A stretch of DNA of 64,000 bases from an uncultured Balneolaceae bacterium (GTDB lineage: Bacteria; Bacteroidota; Rhodothermia; Balneolales; Balneolaceae): positions 12,436 through 76,435 of the forward strand of contig CAYVBJ010000013.1 of the NCBI GenBank assembly GCA_964449075.1, in the 5' to 3' direction. Below, piece by piece: positions 57,259 through 64,000 of this stretch (positions are counted from its first letter, which is position 1; each line of letters starts with the position of its first letter). A program made the translations under genes and the position numbers. The notes beneath the pieces are model-generated. The model did no database searches. It saw nothing but the letters and a program-made list of their open reading frames with translations, and had not been told where the DNA came from.

Positions 57259-58647
57259 ATGATTCAACTTGTATGGTTCAGGAATAATCTAAGACTTCAC
57301 GATAACACGGTATTGAGAGCTGCGTCTGAGAATGGCCCCGTCATCTGCTTTTACTGTTTTGATGAGAGACACTTTTTAAAAAACAGGTATGGATTCTTAA
57401 AAACCGGAGAGATCCGGACACAGTTTTTAATAGAATCGGTATCAGACCTTAAGCATAATCTGGCTGAAAGAGGCGGAGATTTAATTGTTTCTGTCGGCAA
57501 GCCTGAAGTTGAAATTCCAAAACTGCTGAATAATTACCCGGTTAGCCGAATATTTGCACCTAAAGAGGTGACGAGTGAAGAGATAAATGTTGAAAAATCA
57601 CTTGAGAAAAATAGCGCGGTGCCTGTTACCTGGATTTGGGACTCTACATTATACCATCTGAATGATCTTCCTTTTGATGCTGATGCGATTCCCGATGTTT
57701 TTACATCATTCAGAAAAAAAATTGAAAAGCAAGTTGAATTGCGAAAACAGGCAGATTATCAGAACAAATTGGTATTTGCCCGGATTCAGAATGCCGGAAA
57801 GATACCTGCCTGTGAAGATTTGTTAATGGAGAATGCCAAAATAGATAAACGGTCTGTACTTCAGTTTAAAGGCGGAGAGAGAAGCGGATTGAAAAGATTG
57901 TCGGAATATATTTGGGAAGGCAACCATCTTAAAAATTACAAAAAGACGAGAAACCAGCTTTTAGGTGCTGATTATTCATCAAAATTTTCAGCCTGGCTTG
58001 CGAACGGATCATTATCTCCGCGTAAAGTTTATGATGAGGTGAAAGCGTATGAAAATGAACGGGAAAAAAACAGTTCAACTTACTGGCTGATATTTGAATT
58101 GATGTGGCGGGATTATTTTCGGTTTTCAGCTTTGAAACATGGAAACAAGATTTTTAAACCGGGTGGAATCCAGGGAAAAAAGATGAATCCGCAGGCAAAC
58201 GAATACCTGTTTGAGGCATGGGCGAAAGGAGAGACAGGCATCCCTTTTATTGATGCAAATATGCGTGAACTCAACTCTTCAGGATATATGAGCAACAGGG
58301 GCAGGCAAAATGCAGCCAGCTTTTTGTCCCAGGATCTGAATATTGACTGGCGAATGGGTGCATCATGGTTCGAAGAGAAACTGATCGATTACGATGTGTG
58401 CAGCAACTGGGGTAACTGGGCTTACAATGCTACTGTAGGACTTGATCCCCGAAACCGCCGGTTTAATGTCATCCATCAGGGTAAAAAATATGATAAAAAA
58501 GGGGAGTATATCCGTCACTGGATTCCGGAATTAAAATTGGTTCCTTCTGAATTTATCCATGAGCCCTGGAAGATGACGCCGGACCAGCAGGTACTGTTCG
58601 GTATGGAAATCGGGAAAACCTATCCCGGGCCAGTCATCAGCCTTTAA
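57259..58647 (+). CDS. Cryptochrome/photolyase family protein, DASH type
   Basis: 462 aa with the N-terminal photolyase alpha/beta domain (LVWFRNNLRLHDN). The C-terminal FAD domain has WRDYFRF, GIPFIDANMREL, GYMSNRGRQNAASFL, DWRMGASWFE and NWGNWAY. Confidence 0.85.
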   Translation: MIQLVWFRNNLRLHDNTVLRAASENGPVICFYCFDERHFLKNRYGFLKTGEIRTQFLIESVSDLKHNLAERGGDLIVSVGKPEVEIPKLLNNYPVSRIFAPKEVTSEEINVEKSLEKNSAVPVTWIWDSTLYHLNDLPFDADAIPDVFTSFRKKIEKQVELRKQADYQNKLVFARIQNAGKIPACEDLLMENAKIDKRSVLQFKGGERSGLKRLSEYIWEGNHLKNYKKTRNQLLGADYSSKFSAWLANGSLSPRKVYDEVKAYENEREKNSSTYWLIFELMWRDYFRFSALKHGNKIFKPGGIQGKKMNPQANEYLFEAWAKGETGIPFIDANMRELNSSGYMSNRGRQNAASFLSQDLNIDWRMGASWFEEKLIDYDVCSNWGNWAYNATVGLDPRNRRFNVIHQGKKYDKKGEYIRHWIPELKLVPSEFIHEPWKMTPDQQVLFGMEIGKTYPGPVISL

Positions 58648-59033
58648 TAGCATGAGATCCTTGTTACTCCCACACCAATGCAAGCCTGCACCGGGAGATG
58701 TCTCGACTCCATTCGTCGCTCTGCTCCTCATTACGCTCGACACGACAATGACCGCGGGAGTGAGTCCGGGCGGCGCAACTCCAAACCCTATACTAATTTT
58801 ACAAGCCGTATGCGCCGCCGGATGAATATGAACGATCCTGTCACTGGTAACGGAAACCTGCGAACCGGCAGCGAGGACGGTTGGAGTCGAGAGATCCTGC
58901 TGAGAATGTTGAACTGTTTAATTGCAGATTTGTTGAGAATAAGTAACGGTAAAATCAAAAGAGCAAAATAACGGACAGAACTGAAATTCTATATCGGGTT
59001 AAACTGATAATTTATTTACATTTCATAGTATAA

Positions 59034-60830
59034 ATGTTTTCGAAATCAGGCTTAAAAATAAACAAAATGAAATTTTTCTCTGTTATTCTGTTTCCCTTAC
59101 TGCTGCTTTTAATGAGCTGCGGCTATCCCGAAGAGGATCTTCAGGAGCTTTTTGATGATCACTATGAGTATCGGCTTCAAGCCGATCCGCTGTTTGCTAC
59201 CGACCAGGGAGTGCACAAATTTAATGACAAGCTCCCGGATACATCACTCGATGCACTTGAAGAGAGGTATAATCAAAATAAAAATTTTCTTGACAGGCTT
59301 GAGTCAATTTCATACCAGCGGCTTTCACGCGAGGATCAAATCAATTACGATATATTTAAGCTGCAGCTCGAAAATGATATCACAAATTATGAGTTGAACG
59401 GGCATCTTCTGCCGCTGAACGGATGGTGGGATTATCATGCAACGTTTGCGGATCTGTCCAACCGGGTTCCTCTCAATAACAGGAAAGATTATGAGAACTA
59501 TTTGAAGCGGCTTGAAGCGTTCCCATCATACAATGATGGATTTATTGAACGAATGGAAAAGGGAATTGAAGAAAACTGGGTACGGCCAAAAGTTGTGTTC
59601 GATAACTATGTGGAGTCAGTTGAATCTCACATTACGGATGATCCTTCTGAAAGTGTTCTGTTTGAACCATTTACAAATTTCCCGGTCTCAGTTGAGCCGG
59701 AAGAACAGGAACTGTTGATCTCACGGGCGGAAGAGGTGATTCGGAATGTTATTGTTCCTGAATATGAGAGACTTCGGGATTTTCTCACAGAAACCTATAT
59801 CCCAAATGGATCGGAATCTATAGGTATCACAGACCTGGAAGGCGGCAGTGAATATTATGATTTTTTGATTAGCAGGTATACGACACTGGATCTTGCACCG
59901 GAAGAGGTGCATCAGGAAGGATTGCGCGAAGTGAAAAGAATCCGTGAGGAGATGATGAAAATCGTTGAAGAAGAAGATTTTGAGGATGATTTTGATACCT
60001 TTGTCGAGTTCCTGAGATCAAATCCGCGATTCTATGCAAATAGTCCGGAAGAACTTTTAAAAGAGACTGCGCTTGTTTTAAAAAAGATGGATGGAAAATT
60101 GCCAGAACTTTTTAAAACACTTCCCAGGCTGCCCTATGGCATACGGGAAGTGCCATCTTACCTTGCACCACGAACTACTACCGCCTATTACAGCCGGGGA
60201 GCTGCTGATGGAACCCGAGCAGGTTACTATGCTGTGAATACTCATAATTTGAACAGCCGGCCACTATATGAAATAGAGGCACTATCTTTTCACGAAGCAG
60301 TTCCGGGTCATCATTTGCAAATTGCTCTGCAGCAAGAGCTGCAAAATCTTCCGGTTTTCCGAACGGCTTCCGGCTTTACTGCCTTTACAGAAGGATGGGC
60401 ACTCTATTCTGAGAGGCTGGGTCTTGAAGTTGGATTTTACGAAGATCCGTACAGTAATTTTGGCCGGCTGAGTTACGAGATGTGGCGTGCACTTCGGCTT
60501 GTTGTAGATACTGGAATTCATTCAATGGGCTGGGAAAGACAGCAGTCTATTGATTATATGGCACAGAACTCAGCTCTCTCATTGCATAATATCCGATCTG
60601 AAGTTGATCGCTATATTTTCTGGCCGGGACAGGCACTTGCCTACAAAATGGGAGAGATAAAAATTCGTGAGTTAAGAGATTTAACCGAACTCGAACTTAA
60701 GGAGGAATTTGACATCCGTGAATTTCATGATGTGGTTTTGCTGAGTGGCAGTGTACCGCTTTATGTATTGGAAGAGAATGTGAATCGGTATATTGATGAG
60801 AAAGCAGAAAGTTCAGGGCAAAACAGGTAA
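59034..60830 (+). CDS. DUF885-family protein (lipoprotein)
   Basis: The HEAVPGHHLQ motif and overall length fit DUF885. The likely true start is ATG 59067 (MKFFSVILFPLLLLLMSCGY lipobox). Confidence 0.8.
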   Translation: MFSKSGLKINKMKFFSVILFPLLLLLMSCGYPEEDLQELFDDHYEYRLQADPLFATDQGVHKFNDKLPDTSLDALEERYNQNKNFLDRLESISYQRLSREDQINYDIFKLQLENDITNYELNGHLLPLNGWWDYHATFADLSNRVPLNNRKDYENYLKRLEAFPSYNDGFIERMEKGIEENWVRPKVVFDNYVESVESHITDDPSESVLFEPFTNFPVSVEPEEQELLISRAEEVIRNVIVPEYERLRDFLTETYIPNGSESIGITDLEGGSEYYDFLISRYTTLDLAPEEVHQEGLREVKRIREEMMKIVEEEDFEDDFDTFVEFLRSNPRFYANSPEELLKETALVLKKMDGKLPELFKTLPRLPYGIREVPSYLAPRTTTAYYSRGAADGTRAGYYAVNTHNLNSRPLYEIEALSFHEAVPGHHLQIALQQELQNLPVFRTASGFTAFTEGWALYSERLGLEVGFYEDPYSNFGRLSYEMWRALRLVVDTGIHSMGWERQQSIDYMAQNSALSLHNIRSEVDRYIFWPGQALAYKMGEIKIRELRDLTELELKEEFDIREFHDVVLLSGSVPLYVLEENVNRYIDEKAESSGQNR

Positions 60831-60864
60831 ACAGATTTGCTGCCTCTTCCCGGATTAAAATATA

Positions 60865-60895
60865 CCGGGACTTCACTTGAAATGTAAAGTCCCGG
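60865..60895. terminator. Hairpin between convergent genes (possible terminator)
   Basis: 9-bp stem ccgggactt / aagtcccgg with a 13-nt loop, between DUF885 (plus) and the betaine-binding protein gene (minus). There is no clear U-run. Confidence 0.4.
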
Positions 60896-60921
60896 CAGTA
60901 GATTCGTCTTTAAAACAGATT

Positions 60922-61827
60922 TCAGTTTGCAGCCATTTCACCGGTTTCTTCCGGTATCCAGCTATTTACAAGCTCTTCGTGTTCATTCATCCATTGTTTG
61001 GTAACCGTTGCCACATCCTGGTCAGATTCATTTACTTTAACCATCAAGTCTGCGAGTTGCTCTTCATTGAAAAACATATTTTTGAGAAACTGAGCCAGTA
61101 CCGGCTTATCTTCTTCGATATTTTTACGGCCCATGATATGAATGTTCCCGGTTTCCCATAGCGTTTTATTTTCATCCTGTTTCAGAAACTTCAGATCCCA
61201 CCGGCCAAACTTCCAGTGTGGCTGCCAGCCGGTTACCACGATCCACTCCTCATTCTCGATTGCGCTGCTGAGTGCGGCTGTCATGGCCGGCCCGCTTGAT
61301 GTCAGTAAGTCATAATCCAGGTTATACTCTTGAATCAGTTCCTCGGTTGTCTGCATAATCCCGGCACCGGCATCTATCCCGACTATTTCACCGTCAAATT
61401 CATCCCTGTATTCATTCATTTGAGAAATACTGTCAATCTCAACATATTCGGGTACAACAAGACCACTTTGAGTTCCCTCATATACATGTCCTAGATCTAC
61501 GATATCCTCCTCAAATCTCTGCATATAGTTCCGGTGCAGAACGGGCAGCCATGTCTCCATAAAAGCATCCTGGTCGCCGTTGGCAATAGCTGTATAGGCA
61601 GGACCGACATCCGCCGAAGTAATTGAAACTGTATATCCCATCTTTTCTTCAAGAACGTTTTTTGCAAGATTTGTGTAAGCTATTCCTTCAGCCCAGTTTA
61701 CATAGACAAGATCAGCGGTTTTCGTGGTATCATCCTCAGGTGCACAGGATGTGGCATAAAGTCCGAAACTGACTAAGATTGCCAAAAAATAACCTGTGCA
61801 GGTTTTTAATGTATTCTGTGTATTCAT
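60922..61827 (-). CDS. proX: Glycine betaine/proline ABC transporter substrate-binding lipoprotein
   Basis: 301 aa with a lipobox (LYATSC) and an OpuAC-type fold (VNWAEGIAYT..., WLPVLH, TGWQPHWKF). It is downstream of proV and proW. Confidence 0.85.
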   Translation of the reverse strand: MNTQNTLKTCTGYFLAILVSFGLYATSCAPEDDTTKTADLVYVNWAEGIAYTNLAKNVLEEKMGYTVSITSADVGPAYTAIANGDQDAFMETWLPVLHRNYMQRFEEDIVDLGHVYEGTQSGLVVPEYVEIDSISQMNEYRDEFDGEIVGIDAGAGIMQTTEELIQEYNLDYDLLTSSGPAMTAALSSAIENEEWIVVTGWQPHWKFGRWDLKFLKQDENKTLWETGNIHIMGRKNIEEDKPVLAQFLKNMFFNEEQLADLMVKVNESDQDVATVTKQWMNEHEELVNSWIPEETGEMAAN

Positions 61828-61876
61828 AATAAAACCTCTTATTATTTGATTTGAATGTTAGTTTGTTTGATTAGAA

Positions 61877-62707
61877 TTAAGTTTTTTGCGTAGCTGTTCC
61901 CAGCGACTGGGTAACTCTGTCAAGGAAAATGGCAAGAATAACTATGGCAATCCCGCCTTCAAAGCCCAGTCCAATGTTTAATTGCTGGATTCCAACCAGA
62001 ACAGGTTGGCCCAGTCCGCCGGCGCCTATAAGAGAAGCAATAACAACCATTGAAAGAGCAAGCATAATCGTTTGATTTACACCAGCCAGGATGGTTGGCA
62101 ATGCAACAGGGAGTTCAACTTTATAAAGCATCTGCCTGGAGTTTGACCCAAATGCCAGTGCTGCCTCTTTAATCTCTTCGGGAACCTGCCTGATTCCAAG
62201 ATTGGTAAGCCGCACGGCCGGAGGAGTGGCAAAGACAAGAGTTGCTACCACTCCTGGTACTTTTCCAAGCTGAAAAAACAGAACAGCAGGTATCAGGTAG
62301 ACAAATGCAGGCATTGTCTGCATAAAATCGAGTATGGGCCTGACAATTTTTTCAACTGTGTCATTTTTAGAAGCCCAAATACCTACGGGAATGCCAATAA
62401 TCAAAGCGATAATCACAGCAGTGAATATGAGCGCCAGGGTATCCATGGTCTGAGGCCATAAATTCATGCCTTCAATGACGAACATTCCAGCAAGCGTAAA
62501 AGCAGCAACACCGTAGCCGGATATATACCAGGCAATGGCAGAGAAAAGAAAGATCATAATGAGCGGATGAGGAAACATCAAAACTGACTCAAATGCTGTC
62601 AGGGTTGCACTTACAGTTGCCGTAATAAGATCAAAAAATCCACTCAGGTTATCGATCAGCCATTGTATAATAAATTCAAAAAACTCTCCAACAGGAATAT
62701 CAATCAT
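61877..62707 (-). CDS. proW: Glycine betaine/proline ABC transporter permease
   Basis: 276 aa polytopic protein with the BPD-transporter EAA-type loop (EEIKEAALAFGSNSRQMLYKVELP). It overlaps proV by 4 nt. Confidence 0.9.
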   Translation of the reverse strand: MIDIPVGEFFEFIIQWLIDNLSGFFDLITATVSATLTAFESVLMFPHPLIMIFLFSAIAWYISGYGVAAFTLAGMFVIEGMNLWPQTMDTLALIFTAVIIALIIGIPVGIWASKNDTVEKIVRPILDFMQTMPAFVYLIPAVLFFQLGKVPGVVATLVFATPPAVRLTNLGIRQVPEEIKEAALAFGSNSRQMLYKVELPVALPTILAGVNQTIMLALSMVVIASLIGAGGLGQPVLVGIQQLNIGLGFEGGIAIVILAIFLDRVTQSLGTATQKT

Positions 62708-63954
62708 TTGAGCACCTCTTCTTTATTATCGGCTATGTCTGCTTTTTCATTTTCATCCACATAGTCAGGATCGTTCAAATTGACTTCACTGATAATCGAA
62801 GCACGGTCAACGGCACCCAGAAATTTTCCCTGTTCGTCAATCACTGCAATGGGATGACTGGTTTCGATCGCAGTCCCAATAAGTTGCTTGATGGGAGTGT
62901 CAGGTGAGGTTGATTTGGCATCAGTTTGTATAATTGTATCGAGGCTTTTGATTTTCTTTTTGTGCAGTTCTACGGCATCTTCAATCGAAACAATTCCTTT
63001 GAATTTGCGATCGCCATCAATAACGAAGGTAGTGGATACACCATGCTGCTCCATCTCTCTGACAGCAACTCCTGGTCCGTCCTTTTTTATATTGACAAAC
63101 GGAGCCTTTCGCATAATGCTGCCGGCGGTTATAATCTTTGTCCGATCAACATTCTGTACAAACGCTTTTACGTAATCTGTTTCGGGCTCGGTTAAAATCT
63201 GTTCAGGCGTGCCTATTTGCACAATCATCCCATCTTTCATAATCGCAATTCTGTCACCAATTTTCAGAGCTTCATCCAGGTCGTGAGTAATGAATACAAT
63301 TGTTTTATGCATCCGGTCCTGTATCTGCAGCAACTCTTCCTGCATATCGGCACGTATAAGCGGGTCAAGTGCACTAAAAGCCTCATCCATCAATAGAACT
63401 TCGGGTTCGTTAGCGAGTGCCCGTGCAAGACCAACCCGCTGCTGCATTCCGCCACTTAATTCCGATGGCTTCATATTTTCATAACCTTTAAGGCCAACAA
63501 GATCGATTGCTTTCATTGCTTTATCTTCTCTTTCCGGCTTAGCCATACCACCTATTTCAAGTCCGTAAGCCACATTATTCAAAACCGATCTGTGGGGAAA
63601 GAGTCCGAAATTCTGAAAAACCATCGACATTCTTTTGCGTCGCAAATCAAGCAATCGTTCATGGTCAACATTGAGTATATCTTCATTGTCTTCGCCGATG
63701 TAAATTTCTCCATCCGTAGGTTCAATTAATCGGTTCAGGCAACGCAGTACAGTTGACTTGCCGCTTCCGGAGAGCCCCATGATAACAAAGGTTTCAGATT
63801 GGTGGATTTCGAAAGAAGCGTTATTAATTGCTACTGTACATCCTGTTTGTTCCAGAATTTCAGGCTTTGAAACACCATCTTGAAGCATTGGAATTGCCTG
63901 TTCAGGTTTTTTTCCAAAAATTTTATAAAGATTATTAACGGTTATTGCACTCAT
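62704..63954 (-). CDS. proV: Glycine betaine/proline ABC transporter ATPase with C-terminal CBS pair
   Basis: 416 aa with Walker A GLSGSGKST, signature LSGGMQQRV and Walker B LLMDEAFSALD, then tandem CBS-like domains. Confidence 0.9.
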   Translation of the reverse strand: MSAITVNNLYKIFGKKPEQAIPMLQDGVSKPEILEQTGCTVAINNASFEIHQSETFVIMGLSGSGKSTVLRCLNRLIEPTDGEIYIGEDNEDILNVDHERLLDLRRKRMSMVFQNFGLFPHRSVLNNVAYGLEIGGMAKPEREDKAMKAIDLVGLKGYENMKPSELSGGMQQRVGLARALANEPEVLLMDEAFSALDPLIRADMQEELLQIQDRMHKTIVFITHDLDEALKIGDRIAIMKDGMIVQIGTPEQILTEPETDYVKAFVQNVDRTKIITAGSIMRKAPFVNIKKDGPGVAVREMEQHGVSTTFVIDGDRKFKGIVSIEDAVELHKKKIKSLDTIIQTDAKSTSPDTPIKQLIGTAIETSHPIAVIDEQGKFLGAVDRASIISEVNLNDPDYVDENEKADIADNKEEVLK

Positions 63955-64000
63955 TCATAAATTATTGAGACATGGTTTTAAAATTTTTCCCGAAATATTT

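Noticed and set aside
58755-58790. gagtccgggcgg, resembling the conserved GAAAGUCCGGGC of RNase P RNA
   Set aside because: No other RNase P conserved regions (P4 strands, the ACAGAA-type CR-IV/V blocks) are visible around it. It is probably chance similarity inside a GC-rich repeat.
58678-58971. 97-aa ORF between Cry-DASH and DUF885
   Set aside because: It lies within the inverted-repeat element. Its Arg/Ser-rich composition is typical of translated GC-rich repeats.

Overview
This is a 64-kb chromosomal window with about 50 protein genes. I saw no rRNA, tRNA, CRISPR array, transposase or integrase. A T9SS C-terminal sorting domain, many lipoproteins, a SAM-I leader and abundant osmolyte uptake genes suggest a halophilic member of the Bacteroidota/Balneolota (FCB) lineage; this is inference only. 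Blocks in order: (1) an arsenic island arsM-arsR-metallophosphoesterase-arsD-arsA-usp-acr3 (19-6407, minus strand); (2) a glycerol operon glpK-glpD-glpF with a GntR regulator (6761-11843); (3) an AT-rich islet holding an out-of-frame AraC-type HTH gene, a small Cys-rich peptide gene and a beta-propeller lipoprotein (13.7-15.7 kb), then a large modular surface lipoprotein; (4) a methionine operon (CoA-binding protein, metY, osmC-like, metX, hom; 19894-24973) behind a SAM-I riboswitch; (5) M1 peptidase and a porin-BCCT-usp unit; (6) DNA-repair genes nth and mutY with a Memo-like and a DUF2400-like gene; (7) a putative sphingolipid cluster (SDR, GT4, spt-like, GNAT-like); (8) a PorZ-like T9SS protein with glycan-synthesis genes, tgt, DoxX, a PQQ dehydrogenase, Cry-DASH, DUF885 and proVWX. 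The most interesting observations are: a 24-codon Cys/Met-rich mini-ORF plus terminator directly upstream of the SAM-I riboswitch (candidate tandem attenuator); two 153-bp double-hairpin direct repeats bracketing the osmC-like gene inside the met operon; a (CCAA)4.5 tract that separates an ATG from an otherwise intact AraC HTH reading frame; and the sphingolipid-type cluster. All functional calls rest on motif recognition by eye. No database searches were run.
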